Shown: in pieces, positions 8,603 through 18,253 of the stretch | Layout of the letters: the number at the start of each line of letters is the position of its first letter | How positions within the stretch are numbered: the stretch's first letter is position 1 | Source of the DNA: a virus | Reading direction: 5' to 3' (one strand) | DNA: 37,312 bases | IMG/VR virus record: IMGVR_UViG_3300043540_000062 | Coordinates: 1-37,312 of that record | The notes under the pieces: generated by a model | Database searches by the model: none | The model's input: the letters and a program-made list of their open reading frames with translations, nothing else | Told to the model about the DNA's origin: nothing | Made by a program: the position numbers and the translations under genes

Positions 8603-10958
8603 TTTGGTGGAGTCTTATTTCTCTAAGTGGAATGCGACTAGAGCCCGAAGCGGCACACTTAAATGACACTTTCAGTTGCACCCACTGCCACTGGAATATT
8701 TGAGTTACGGACTCATCTGATAGTTGTGTGTTTGTGAACGTGCTTCCGATTTGGACATATGAATCGGAGAGTGATTGTCGTGCATACAGTTTCATCTGGT
8801 CACCAGTAACCATCGGCCTGTCGAGCTTAAACTCTATTCGGGCCGCTGTGGATTTTGTAAAGAACGTGCCGACAGGAATGAGGTCGGTCTCAATAACGGG
8901 CTCGAAATTCTGCCACAGTGTTGTGTCGTTATAGTCAATACCACCAAGTGCAGCTCCATTGGACCATGCCGAGTAGTAGCTATCCTGACCACTTTCCGAG
9001 GGTTCATTGTCAATGAGAAGACCATTTGGGAGAGCGCCTGCTGTTGGTACGAGACCATATGAGTTTTGAGACTCCATTGTGAGACCAGAGGCCTGTTCTC
9101 CAAGAAGTGACGGCGATACAACGAGAGAAAATATACCAGCAAGGATATTATTTCCCGAGGTGTCTTGAGCTATTGCTTGGATAAAGAGACGAGCGCGGTG
9201 GTACATCATGTCTCCAAACGACCATACTGGATCAATGACTCCCGCAATAAAGTCAGGTAGCTTTGTAAGGATTTGTGCTGAACTTCCGTTAAAGATAAAG
9301 ACATTCCCTTTCTGCCCAGCAAGCACATAGATAACGTTGAGGACGTTGTATATTCGTTTAATTGGTTCGCCAACAGGAACAGGGGCACTAGAGTTTGTGG
9401 AAACGTAATCCCATGTATACATATCCTTTTGTCCCGATATTATCATCGTACTGCGTAAGTCAGTGAGGTCAGTTATCGTATCAGACGGTTGGGCGATAGC
9501 GGTTGCCCCATAGTCTACGACGTAAGTTGCGGGAATGCCTGGGTTAAACTTTGTATTTTGATTTTGTGCCAATATACGCCCAAGGAATCTTCCGTTTGCA
9601 AAATACAGGTTTCCGTCCACCTTAGATACCCATGCCCTGTAAGGGGCCTGCGATACTGCTGGAACTGGATTAAGAATGTTCACTTGATAGGTTGCTGTAG
9701 TAGCATCTTGGTATGCTGACGGACTCAAGAGATTCACTCCAGCTGAATCAAAAGTGAATACAGCAAGCATTTCATTACCAACAGAATCCACAAAGTTATA
9801 CTGACCACTTGCGTAGAGCCACGGACTCGGTAGCGTGAGACTGGTTGAGCCAATACCATTTGTTCCCCATACGATATTTGTGACAGTAGTATTTTGTATT
9901 GGCGGATTATTAGCGGGGAGCATCGACATTGTTATCGTACCTGACCCAGCGTCAACGAGGGAAATAAACTTGTTGTTTACATAATCAGTATACGACGCAG
10001 CAACAAAGAAAGTTTTTAATACCGATGTTAAATCAGGTGTCTGCACTAGATAATAGGCTGTACCAGCAACAATTCCCGTAGGGAGGGTCCCTGTTGAAGT
10101 AAATGTAACTGCGTTTCCTGCCGCAAAGTTTTGTGAACCAACAAACGAACTTGGGCCATTGACCCTAAACTGGTACATATAAAACGTACTACTTGCCGTC
10201 GTTATTGTTATCCCCCCTGACCAACTGACGGAGGTAGAACCGTTAGTAAACACGACACTTCTTTGGTCGGGAGTTATATTGTCAAATTGAACAAAATATG
10301 TCCCCGAGGCCCCTTTCCAACTCGAGTTTAAGTTCGCGGAGGTAGCGCCTGAAGCTACCGTTCCAGTAAACGCATACGACTCGGACGAAAAGCTGGAATT
10401 CATGCCCAACAACTGAGAAAATACAGAAATAGAGGACGATGTTGACGTGAGATTCCAGTTTCCGCTTATGATACCTGCATCATTTGTTCCGTTGCCACAG
10501 AATTCAACCATGGCATCTCCAAATACAACAAGATAGTTATTCCAATACGCAAGGCCGCCTGCTCCGTTTTGAAAACGACCAGCGTCACCAATAAGATTAA
10601 ACGTGTGGGAATTGACTGCTGATTGTTTCCATACCTGTCCACTATCGTCAAGAATATAAATGAGGCCAGCGGGAGAGACTGCTTGCTGGACAGGATTAGT
10701 CATGATTGGCGTACCAATAACTGCTGAGAACAACCAGCCTGTATTATCTCCAATATTCGTACTGTGTGCTCCTGCGTACCAGAAAGTCCCAGACTCTGCA
10801 AGAGTGGATAGTTGGCGACGATAGTTTACATACGCAACACCAGGATAATAGCTTGTGTTGACATTTCGGATATTGGAAATACCTGTGTAAGGGGACTGGG
10901 CAATGCCATTTTCCCAACCATCTATTACTAGAGTTCCTCCTTCTTGTCGGTATGCCAT
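8595..10958 (-). CDS. Large tail/baseplate-like structural protein
   Basis: 787-aa ORF, beta-rich composition, inside the tail module. No motif recognised. Confidence 0.65.
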   Translation of the reverse strand: MAYRQEGGTLVIDGWENGIAQSPYTGISNIRNVNTSYYPGVAYVNYRRQLSTLAESGTFWYAGAHSTNIGDNTGWLFSAVIGTPIMTNPVQQAVSPAGLIYILDDSGQVWKQSAVNSHTFNLIGDAGRFQNGAGGLAYWNNYLVVFGDAMVEFCGNGTNDAGIISGNWNLTSTSSSISVFSQLLGMNSSFSSESYAFTGTVASGATSANLNSSWKGASGTYFVQFDNITPDQRSVVFTNGSTSVSWSGGITITTASSTFYMYQFRVNGPSSFVGSQNFAAGNAVTFTSTGTLPTGIVAGTAYYLVQTPDLTSVLKTFFVAASYTDYVNNKFISLVDAGSGTITMSMLPANNPPIQNTTVTNIVWGTNGIGSTSLTLPSPWLYASGQYNFVDSVGNEMLAVFTFDSAGVNLLSPSAYQDATTATYQVNILNPVPAVSQAPYRAWVSKVDGNLYFANGRFLGRILAQNQNTKFNPGIPATYVVDYGATAIAQPSDTITDLTDLRSTMIISGQKDMYTWDYVSTNSSAPVPVGEPIKRIYNVLNVIYVLAGQKGNVFIFNGSSAQILTKLPDFIAGVIDPVWSFGDMMYHRARLFIQAIAQDTSGNNILAGIFSLVVSPSLLGEQASGLTMESQNSYGLVPTAGALPNGLLIDNEPSESGQDSYYSAWSNGAALGGIDYNDTTLWQNFEPVIETDLIPVGTFFTKSTAARIEFKLDRPMVTGDQMKLYARQSLSDSYVQIGSTFTNTQLSDESVTQIFQWQWVQLKVSFKCAASGSSRIPLREIRLHQNE

Positions 10959-10961
10959 ATA

Positions 10962-12650
10962 TTATGAAACGTGAGAGTCTTGTAATGAGAGATAGTCACA
11001 CGACACCGTACCTGATGGCGACTTCACCAAGTACCACGGACTACCGTTAGTCGTGCTCTGTAACGTCATCAGATTTCCCGATGTTCCATTAACCGTGAAC
11101 GTATTGAGTGTCTGCGTTGTGCCTGCGGTAAATTGAATGGTGTGAGGCGGGGTATCACACTTGAAGTCTTGGAACGTATTCGACCCAGATATAATAAACG
11201 CTCCTGTACCTGCTCCCGTTAGCCACAGATTGTTGTATGTCTTTCCACCGCCAGCGAACGTCTTTGGTGATGAAGACGCGTTCGTCAGTTTAATCGTTGA
11301 TGAACCTGAAATAACTGTGCCACTTCCACTCCACACCGTTCCTGTTCCTGTAAGCGTCAAAGTACCCGAACCCATCGTTACTGTTCCTGCATTTGTGAAC
11401 GACGCAACTGAATGGTTTAGATTATTAAATACCACAGTCCCGTTCGTGTTCGTTAGGGCCCCTGTGTTTGTCATAGCATCTTGTAACGTCCAGGTGCCAC
11501 CGATTCCGTTAAACGTTATCGCTGACGCCAAAGCAACACCTCCGTTAGTTATCGTCTGGCTTGTAGTAGAGTTGAATGTTATTGCACCAGTGTATGAATT
11601 AGTCATACCAGAGGCAAGTGTGAAGTTGCCGCCAATAGTATTCGCTCCACTTCCGCTCCATGTCATACCAGATGCTCCAGTGAATGAACCAGTGATGGTT
11701 AAGGAGTAGGTTGATTGTGCAAGAGTACCAATGAATCCGATACATGACACAGTTATTCCTGTGTAATTGGCGCTCATTGTCACCGTTCCACCACCAGAGT
11801 TACCATCAAAATAAACAGCTGACGTAATAGAGGATGGTGCAGATGCACCTGGTGAGCCACCTGAAGTAGCTGACCAGTTTGTGGTCGATGACGCGTCCCA
11901 TGTGCCAGTTCCTCCCACCCAATATCGAGCGCCAACTGAATTATAGGTGATTACAATAAGACCTTGAGAACCTACACCTGCACTATGTCCGGCATTTCCA
12001 CCTCCAGAACCAGCTCCATAATTACCTCCATATCCATTAGAATTACTACCAGAGTTTCCACCTGCTCCACCTCCACCTGAGCCAACTGAAGTCCATTCAG
12101 TTCCATTTCCACCTGGACTTTCACTGCCTGTAGCACCACCCGCACCACCGAAACCAGCATCACCTGAACCACCTGCCCCTCCAGTTGAACCACTACCTGC
12201 ACTTCCATTGTTACCGTTACCACTTGGACCTGCAGCACCTCCTCCTCCACCTCCAGCAGCTAATCCAGAACCCAATCCACCTGTACCTCCGTTATAGTGA
12301 ACAGTGCCTTTTCCAACACCTGCCATACCTACTGGAGTACCCGTACTACTTCCATTTCCACCACCACTAGAGCCAACCGAAGCAACAGACAACGATACAG
12401 CATTAAAATAAGTATCTCCAACAGAACCTCCTGTAGCTATAGTATATGAAATGGAAGATCCTGGTGTTAAAGTTTGATTTAATATTTTTCCATATCCACC
12501 ACCACCTCCAGCTGAAGCACCAACACCACCTCCAGCTGAGCCACTTCCTCCAGCACCGATAACCTCAATGGTATTAGAAGCATTATTCCAATCTAATGGA
12601 ACTGTCCAGTTATTTGTGCCTGTAGTTGTTAGTACAATTTGAGTAGCCAT
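10962..12650 (-). CDS. Glycine-rich fibre-like protein
   Basis: 562 aa. N-terminal TTGTNNWTVPLDWNNASNTIEVIGAGGSGSAGGGVGASAGGGGGYG, then about 200 aa of G/S/A/N runs and a T/G/S-rich beta-type C-terminal half. This resembles phage glycine-rich-domain tail fibre proteins. Confidence 0.75.
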   Translation of the reverse strand: MATQIVLTTTGTNNWTVPLDWNNASNTIEVIGAGGSGSAGGGVGASAGGGGGYGKILNQTLTPGSSISYTIATGGSVGDTYFNAVSLSVASVGSSGGGNGSSTGTPVGMAGVGKGTVHYNGGTGGLGSGLAAGGGGGGAAGPSGNGNNGSAGSGSTGGAGGSGDAGFGGAGGATGSESPGGNGTEWTSVGSGGGGAGGNSGSNSNGYGGNYGAGSGGGNAGHSAGVGSQGLIVITYNSVGARYWVGGTGTWDASSTTNWSATSGGSPGASAPSSITSAVYFDGNSGGGTVTMSANYTGITVSCIGFIGTLAQSTYSLTITGSFTGASGMTWSGSGANTIGGNFTLASGMTNSYTGAITFNSTTSQTITNGGVALASAITFNGIGGTWTLQDAMTNTGALTNTNGTVVFNNLNHSVASFTNAGTVTMGSGTLTLTGTGTVWSGSGTVISGSSTIKLTNASSSPKTFAGGGKTYNNLWLTGAGTGAFIISGSNTFQDFKCDTPPHTIQFTAGTTQTLNTFTVNGTSGNLMTLQSTTNGSPWYLVKSPSGTVSCDYLSLQDSHVS

Positions 12651-12655
12651 AGTGT

Positions 12656-12796
12656 TTAGATACTATCAACCAATAAAGCATGTGTAATCGGATCGGCGTA
12701 TATTGGGACAGTTGTCTCTTGGTCTACGTTAGATACACCCAACAATGCAGGGACTTCGTTTTCATCGCGGGGGGCATTTGTTGAGTTTCTTGTCAT
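12656..12796 (-). CDS. Stand-alone copy of the tail-fibre N-terminal (virion-anchor) module, 46 aa
   Basis: Below the ORF-track cutoff. MTRNSTNAPRDENEVPALLGVSNVDQETTVPIYADPITHALLVDSI aligns with the fibre N-terminus MSTNARRDENSVPVLLAVSSADGETIVEVWADPVTHRLLTQNV, with more than half the positions identical. Its ATG abuts the stop of 12797..13129. Confidence 0.6.
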   Translation of the reverse strand: MTRNSTNAPRDENEVPALLGVSNVDQETTVPIYADPITHALLVDSI

Positions 12797-13129
12797 TTAT
12801 TTATAGAAGACAGTTAAGTCTTGAGCGGCTGTAGCGACGACAACATAGAGTCCAGTTGTAAAGTAGATACCTCCTGGGTTTGGCCCCCAAGTAAATGGCT
12901 GAGGTGACGCTGGTACCGTAATGGTTGCAATTACTACTCCACTTGTTGAAAGACCGTCATATATGGTAATAACACCTGTGGCAGCTGGAGAGTTAAAACT
13001 AATTGAATATAGAGCACCTTCGCCGCCTTTGATAAGTGTGCCTGTTGTGGTACTAGTTATGTTGGTAAACGTTCCACAATTCACTGGCTGTCCGTAGTAT
13101 GGGGTTGGTTTTCCTAATGTGGTGGTCAT
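12797..13129 (-). CDS. Small structural protein
   Basis: 110-aa ORF, beta-rich, in the structural operon. Confidence 0.6.
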   Translation of the reverse strand: MTTTLGKPTPYYGQPVNCGTFTNITSTTTGTLIKGGEGALYSISFNSPAATGVITIYDGLSTSGVVIATITVPASPQPFTWGPNPGGIYFTTGLYVVVATAAQDLTVFYK

Positions 13130-13148
13130 TATGTTTTCTTATTATTTA

Positions 13149-13871
13149 TTAAATTCTTATACCTTTGGCTTCCATTGTTTGTATTGTTCGTTGGAGGGTT
13201 TTATATTTGTCATTTATAAATCTCTCTCTATTGGCTAACTCCTTTGCTGCTTCTTGGATGACCTCCTCTCGGAGTAAAAAGTCCTTTTCTTTGTAAGCGA
13301 TTTCAATCTCTCGATTTTTTATTGATGTCTCTTGTGATGCAATTGACGCCGCCGCCTTGTCTGACTTTTGTTTAGTTTCTACCCAGAGCTTTCGAGCTTC
13401 AATCAATTTTTCTTGGGTTTCTTGAGCATCTTTTTCTGTAGATGATTTGATGACGTCCAGACTTCTTTTTTCTAAGATATAGTCATTGAAACGTTCCTGA
13501 AGTGTTTTCTCAGATTTGGCAAGTAGTTCCTCTCTCTTTTGGATAGCTAGGTCTCTAGAATTAAGTTCTGCAATTGTGCTATTCGAGATACTTTCCCATT
13601 CTTCCTCAAAGGGTTTAGAAAGTAACTTTTTCTTTCCCTCAAGCACTCGAACCGAGAAATCTAGCTCATTCTTTTTAGTTATAAGATTATCTATTTCCTC
13701 TTGAACAATCTTTGTCGTTTCCTCTCTGAATTTAGTTAGGTTTAACTCTTCTTTGGTGTTTAATTGTCGTAATGAATCCACTCTTTGGGCAAGTTTCATG
13801 CCCACGTCTATTTCTTGCCTTTTTTCTGAGGCTTTGACGGCAAACAATTCGTCTTTCTTTAGAAGCCTCAT
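13149..13871 (-). CDS. K/E-rich coiled-coil protein
   Basis: 240 aa, highly charged and helical in composition (EELNLTKFREETTKIVQEEIDNLITKKNELD...). Confidence 0.65.
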   Translation of the reverse strand: MRLLKKDELFAVKASEKRQEIDVGMKLAQRVDSLRQLNTKEELNLTKFREETTKIVQEEIDNLITKKNELDFSVRVLEGKKKLLSKPFEEEWESISNSTIAELNSRDLAIQKREELLAKSEKTLQERFNDYILEKRSLDVIKSSTEKDAQETQEKLIEARKLWVETKQKSDKAAASIASQETSIKNREIEIAYKEKDFLLREEVIQEAAKELANRERFINDKYKTLQRTIQTMEAKGIRI

Positions 13872-13875
13872 GTAT

Positions 13876-14361
13876 TTATGCTATAACGTTTCCTTGTGTG
13901 AGAGACTCATCCTCATTATCTCCTGACTGCCTAGATTTAATTCGTTTCATCGTTTTTGGTTCCTCGACAACCTTGGGAACAACTACGGGCTTTGGTGCAG
14001 GTGCTGGTGTAAGCGGTTCCAAACATTTCTGGACCAATACTTCTAAGTTTCCTGGAGTATACGTGACTGCTGCTGCGAATGTTCGAATATTCTCGCTTTT
14101 ATTCATAGCATCAAGACGATTGTGCTCTTTACTCTGAAAAAACTCACGCTCTGCTAATGTTTTTGCAAACTTCTTTCGAATGTTTTGCAATTCATACGGG
14201 GTCACAGACAAGATGACCATAGGGGTCGTCTTCAGTGCAGGGAACGTATATTCTACGCCTCCCCACTTTGCAGTGAAATCACGGTCAGTCCAGTTGGTAA
14301 ATCGGAATGTACCGTCAAAGTCTGCAGGCAACGTATTGTTAATAGCTTGCTGTGGGTTCAT
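13876..14361 (-). CDS. Hypothetical structural-module protein
   Basis: 161-aa ORF with a Pro/Val-rich linker (PAPAPKPVVVPKVVEEP). Confidence 0.6.
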   Translation of the reverse strand: MNPQQAINNTLPADFDGTFRFTNWTDRDFTAKWGGVEYTFPALKTTPMVILSVTPYELQNIRKKFAKTLAEREFFQSKEHNRLDAMNKSENIRTFAAAVTYTPGNLEVLVQKCLEPLTPAPAPKPVVVPKVVEEPKTMKRIKSRQSGDNEDESLTQGNVIA

Positions 14362-14467
14362 GTTTTTGACCTTTCGGCCGGTTAATGGACTTTTTCAGCC
14401 CTAATTAAGGGAGCTAAATCGTGCTCCATAACTTATCCCACCGAAGTGAGACAAGCTAGGAAAACGC

Positions 14468-15328
14468 TTAGAGCTGCAAGTACACAAGACCATTCTGGGC
14501 TGAGGTGAGCGTCTGAAGAGAGATAGCGACCTGAGGAGAAGTAGTAAGTGTTGCGACTGCAAGAGCACCTGTGACTGTGGTCGAAGCGCCAAGCGGATAG
14601 TCAACGGACGTAACCGTGTCGATAAGGCATGACGTCGGGCCTTTAGTGACGATAAGACCGTATTGATTGACACCGTTTACTGTGATAGCACCAGATGTAC
14701 CGTCGTAGGTCGGAGCAGTCGAAGCGGCCAAAGCGTACAACGAAACACCAACGATACCTCCCGTGCGTGTAGTCGGGCTAACAATGACTCCAGCGTACGG
14801 ATTGAACAAGAGAGAAATCTTGGACGTGTTGTCGAGAGTAACTGCGAGTGGGTCGGACAGATTGAGCGTAATAGCACCTGCGTTGGCGGCTGCCGAATGC
14901 GATGCAATTTTCAAAGTCTGGCCAATACCCGTACCAGCGGAAACAACAGCGTAGCCTTCCTGGAACAGGTTTTGCTTAAGAACGGTTGAACCATTGGTAA
15001 CGATGACTTGGAACGTGCCTGCAGTAGCGGGCACAGCGGTTGTCGGAACAGGGACAGCAAGTTTCTGGAAAGCAGTAATCTCTGCAGGAGCCTGAACGAG
15101 GACACCTGACGCGATGGCGACAGCCCCGTTCTGGACAAAAGTAAGAACACGACCATCAGAAGTGTCGAATTTCTGACCGATGTATGTGATGGCCTGGGAA
15201 TCGAACGTTCCCGTGCCTGTGTTTATGACGCCCGAATTAGCAGGATTTGCTGAATAAGCCTGACCACCTTTATTTGGGCCAAACGGATTCAACGAACTTG
15301 ATGTTGGGCGACCGGTAATTTTAGACAT
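14468..15328 (-). CDS. Abundant-type structural protein next to the capsid gene (decoration/auxiliary capsid or tail-tube candidate)
   Basis: 286 aa, A/T/V/G-rich beta composition. Followed by a hairpin-rich 106-nt spacer. Confidence 0.65.
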   Translation of the reverse strand: MSKITGRPTSSSLNPFGPNKGGQAYSANPANSGVINTGTGTFDSQAITYIGQKFDTSDGRVLTFVQNGAVAIASGVLVQAPAEITAFQKLAVPVPTTAVPATAGTFQVIVTNGSTVLKQNLFQEGYAVVSAGTGIGQTLKIASHSAAANAGAITLNLSDPLAVTLDNTSKISLLFNPYAGVIVSPTTRTGGIVGVSLYALAASTAPTYDGTSGAITVNGVNQYGLIVTKGPTSCLIDTVTSVDYPLGASTTVTGALAVATLTTSPQVAISLQTLTSAQNGLVYLQL

Positions 15329-15352
15329 TTGTAAGTAGTTATTAGTTAGTAA

Positions 15353-15550
15353 TTAAGACGCTGTAGTAACTGCAACCCAACTGGTCGCTCCATCTGAATT
15401 TACGTACAAACGTGTAGTGGAACTGGATCCATCCGTTCTTATGTACAGGCTACCCTTCGGAGCGCTATAAGACGGTGCACCAGTACCGGCAGCGAATCCG
15501 ACATTTAGTGCCTGAAGCGCTGGCTCATACTGTCTTAGGTCTATAGGCAT
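15353..15550 (-). CDS. Small structural-module protein
   Basis: 65-aa ORF between the capsid gene and the 286-aa protein gene. Confidence 0.5.
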   Translation of the reverse strand: MPIDLRQYEPALQALNVGFAAGTGAPSYSAPKGSLYIRTDGSSSTTRLYVNSDGATSWVAVTTAS

Positions 15551-15571
15551 TGTTTATTAAGATTAGGATTA

Positions 15572-16615
15572 TTATACTCCAGCGATACCAGTCAAGACTG
15601 CATTCCTAAACGGAGCTGTACAAAGGAGCTGACCGCCGAGAATGATAAATCCATTGATAGTACCCATGTTGTACGGGCGAATCCAACCAGTCCACGTAAA
15701 CGCATTACCTGGAGCATAGATAGAATCTTCATACACGTTACCCTCGATGTCATGAGCCTTCGGGGAAATCTTCGAACCTTCCCACCAGTTAAGACCATAG
15801 AACTTCAAATAATCGAGGTTGAGAAGGTAGAAATTACCGGTGAGAATCTTCTTGTCGCGGAAAACCATCATGCCATCCCAGATAAGATCTGAGTAACCAG
15901 ATGCTGATGCTTTCTCAGACTTACCAACTTCAAAAGAAGTCATGGTGTTGCGCTGAAATGGCGAGAGCAACTGTTCGAAGTAAGCCCAAGTTGTATAGTC
16001 TGTGACAATCATGTCAGGACGAACTGGACCATCGGAAATCGAATTCCAAAGAGTACGAACTTTCAAAAGAGAAATCGTACCAGATGAGGGGGTAACTGTT
16101 GCGGATAAACCTGGATAGGTTGCACGTGAAAGGCCACCGTATGAGGCCACATTCGTACCATCGTCAACGATACCAGCAAGACCCATCGGAGCCTTACCAG
16201 CCGAAGCTGAACCGTCACCCTGGAAGAAGTTACCAATATCATCGGCGGCATCTTGTGCACGCGATTCCATCGTAACTTTCATGAGGTCGAGAGTTTTTAA
16301 CGTGCCATTGCCTTCTGCCTTGTTTACAGAGAGGTCGGAACCAGCGAGAGCAATGTTCGTAGCGACAAATGTCGGGTAGAAGAACATGTTAACGGTCGTC
16401 GGAATCTGGTTGATAGGAAGAACATCGAATCCATTGAACGGGACCGATGCGACACCCTTCTGGTACTTAACAGGGAAGAGCATCTGTGAACCGCGCCACT
16501 TCTCGGTATTCTCAAGAATCTTTCCAAAGAAGAGGTTATCGCGGAGAACCTGGTCGACCCAAGCAGGGGCGAGATACTGGTTCGTAGTTGAGGTAATTGA
16601 AACGCCTGGAGGCAT
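15572..16615 (-). CDS. Major capsid protein (by position and size)
   Basis: 347 aa, immediately downstream of the acidic scaffold-like gene and two genes after the portal block. No sequence motif recognised by eye. Confidence 0.65.
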   Translation of the reverse strand: MPPGVSITSTTNQYLAPAWVDQVLRDNLFFGKILENTEKWRGSQMLFPVKYQKGVASVPFNGFDVLPINQIPTTVNMFFYPTFVATNIALAGSDLSVNKAEGNGTLKTLDLMKVTMESRAQDAADDIGNFFQGDGSASAGKAPMGLAGIVDDGTNVASYGGLSRATYPGLSATVTPSSGTISLLKVRTLWNSISDGPVRPDMIVTDYTTWAYFEQLLSPFQRNTMTSFEVGKSEKASASGYSDLIWDGMMVFRDKKILTGNFYLLNLDYLKFYGLNWWEGSKISPKAHDIEGNVYEDSIYAPGNAFTWTGWIRPYNMGTINGFIILGGQLLCTAPFRNAVLTGIAGV

Positions 16616-16638
16616 AGTAATTTATAATTTAGTGATAA

Positions 16639-17430
16639 TCATTGACCCCTGAGATTGTCCAGGAATCGAGACACTGTCTTAAAGGTGACAGGACCTTTCG
16701 GTGATTCTGGGACCGACTGTCCACTATGTGTCATAGTTCGAGATGCTAATTCTTTCTGTCGATCACTCACTTCACGGGGTTTATTTCGTGCATAAAGTTG
16801 TGAATACGTATCAAAGGATCTTTCCATGTCGGCATACTCCACAATTTCTCCGTTCTCGTCCTTTGGAGATACCGCTGCAATGAAATCGAGGAATCCATTA
16901 CGCAAGTCTTTTGACTGCTTGGTTGAGCCTGATAGGTCGACTCCGTATTTCTCTTCAATTGAATCGAAAGCGGAATCTATAGTATCGCTGTTCTCGGCAT
17001 CTTCACGAGAAAGCATTGCTTCTTGTTCTTGGATTTTCGATAGAGCTGCCTCTTGGGCACGTTCCTCTATTTCCTTAAACTTCTTTTGAAAGACTGAGGT
17101 CAATGCTTTTCCATCATCGGTGGTGCCGAACACTTTTACTAGATCAGGGTCTACATCACCCTCATGCTCCTTTTGATACTTCTCTAACTCGGAAAGAACT
17201 TTCACTCGCTCATTGAGGGCGATATTCATCTCCTCAATTTCTTTCATCTTTTGTTCTAAACGCCTATAACGTCGAGTCTTGGGCTTTTCTTCCTCGTCTT
17301 TGCCAGACGTAGGCTTTTCAGCTTGAGGATTTTCAGCTTTTTCTTTGTCCACTAGGTCTTTGAACACTTCGTCTTCAAGAACTGGACTGTCATTCTTGAT
17401 GTCTGATAAGAACTTGTCTTTTTCGTTCAT
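16639..17430 (-). CDS. Scaffolding protein candidate
   Basis: 263 aa, acidic and lysine-rich, helical (KPKTRRYRRLEQKMKEIEEMNIALNERVKVLSELEKYQKE). Directly precedes the capsid gene. Confidence 0.6.
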   Translation of the reverse strand: MNEKDKFLSDIKNDSPVLEDEVFKDLVDKEKAENPQAEKPTSGKDEEEKPKTRRYRRLEQKMKEIEEMNIALNERVKVLSELEKYQKEHEGDVDPDLVKVFGTTDDGKALTSVFQKKFKEIEERAQEAALSKIQEQEAMLSREDAENSDTIDSAFDSIEEKYGVDLSGSTKQSKDLRNGFLDFIAAVSPKDENGEIVEYADMERSFDTYSQLYARNKPREVSDRQKELASRTMTHSGQSVPESPKGPVTFKTVSRFLDNLRGQ

Positions 17431-17523
17431 GATATTTGTTCCGTACTCCCTTGCGGTTTCCGTACTGATTATCTTTTAATCCAAGCTTTTAATCGGAGCT
17501 TTACAACCGCATACACAAAGAAC

Positions 17524-17555
17524 AGAACGCCGCCTATTTCTAGGTAATGCGTCCT
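17524..17555 (-). promoter_or_regulatory. Conserved promoter-proximal hairpin (copy B)
   Basis: Minus strand reads AGGACGCattaCCTAgaaaTAGGcgGCGTTCTgttctttgtg, with the same stem base and 3' flank as copy A. Confidence 0.5.
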
Positions 17556-17587
17556 ATGTGAGGATGGCTCTTTATGTAATTGTTACA

Positions 17588-17596
17588 ATTATACCA
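17588..17596 (-). promoter_or_regulatory. Extended -10 promoter TGGTATAAT(TGT), upstream of scaffold/capsid genes
   Basis: Exact TGGTATAAT, abutted upstream by the palindrome CCACTTatcataAAGTGG and followed by a conserved hairpin. Confidence 0.5.
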
Positions 17597-17696
17597 CCAC
17601 TTTATGATAAGTGGAACAGTGAGGCCGATATAGGACAATTTATATGCTTGTTGTGTGTTCCTTATCTGTCTCACAAATCCACTTACCATATAGTGA

Positions 17697-17867
17697 CTAT
17701 TCCCTCGAGCCTCGCTTCTTCTTAAGCAGAGCCTCTTTCTTAGACTTGAGTATATCTTTGAACTTACCTGCTTTCTCTGAAGCGTAGAAAACCTGTTCAC
17801 CTTTTTCCTTACCGTACTCTTCTTTCATAACATCCTTTATTTTTTTACCTTTTGAGTTAAGTGGCAT
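17697..17867 (-). CDS. Small lysine-rich protein (56 aa)
   Basis: Below the ORF-track cutoff. MPLNSKGKKIKDVMKEEYGKEKGEQVFYASEKAGKFKDILKSKKEALLKKKRGSRE. Its ATG lies 1 nt after the stop of 17869..18039. Confidence 0.45.
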   Translation of the reverse strand: MPLNSKGKKIKDVMKEEYGKEKGEQVFYASEKAGKFKDILKSKKEALLKKKRGSRE

Positions 17868-17868
17868 A

Positions 17869-18039
17869 TTATTTTTTCTTGATTATTAAGGCACTTGCTT
17901 TTCGGTCTTCACGCTTCTGGTGTCTTTTAATTGTTTTAATTTCTCCAAAAGTGTGTAAGGAGCCGATTGGTTTTGTTGTTCGATATGATGCTCCGCGTAT
18001 TTTCTTATCACTATCTTTTTCTGGTGTTATATTTATCAT
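17869..18039 (-). CDS. Small basic protein (56 aa)
   Basis: Below the ORF-track cutoff. MINITPEKDSDKKIRGASYRTTKPIGSLHTFGEIKTIKRHQKREDRKASALIIKKK. Confidence 0.4.
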   Translation of the reverse strand: MINITPEKDSDKKIRGASYRTTKPIGSLHTFGEIKTIKRHQKREDRKASALIIKKK

Positions 18040-18045
18040 AATGAT

Positions 18046-18249
18046 TTATATGTTATTCGATTCCTTCCGCTTATCTTGCAATGTTTTTCTGAGAGTGTAA
18101 TTAGAGTAATGCCCGATACGCTCTTTGGTAGGCTCGTTCTTGAGATTCTCTAAAGCATGTTGTTTCAAAACCCTATAACGTGCTTGTGCTCGCGCTTTGT
18201 TTTCAAATCGAAGCAATCTACGTTCCATTTTTTCTGGGTCACGAGTCAT
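18046..18249 (-). CDS. Small basic protein (67 aa)
   Basis: ORF track. R/K-rich (RRLLRFENKARAQARYRVLKQH...). Confidence 0.55.
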   Translation of the reverse strand: MTRDPEKMERRLLRFENKARAQARYRVLKQHALENLKNEPTKERIGHYSNYTLRKTLQDKRKESNNI

Positions 18250-18253
18250 ATAC

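Noticed and set aside
11161-11709. 182-aa plus-strand ORF inside the glycine-rich gene, and similar antisense or alternate-frame ORFs (272..472, 4428..5074, 8728..9142, 11972..12370, 14401..15156, 16767..17089, 18157..18519, 23436..23735, 25278..25571, 29513..29994)
   Set aside because: They lie wholly within longer ORFs that have coherent composition and operon context. They have odd composition and no start context. They are treated as non-coding shadows.
12640-12670. Programmed ribosomal frameshift fusing the 46-aa anchor ORF to the glycine-rich protein
   Set aside because: The Gly-rich frame carries TGA and TAG 13-18 nt upstream of its ATG. That leaves only about 4 nt in which a shift could occur, and no slippery heptamer is present.
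17540-17800. 86-aa minus-strand ORF, and 17861..18100 on the plus strand
   Set aside because: 17540..17800 spans a promoter and non-coding leader and is out of frame with the better 56-aa lysine-rich ORF 17697..17867. The plus-strand ORF is antisense to two small basic ORFs.
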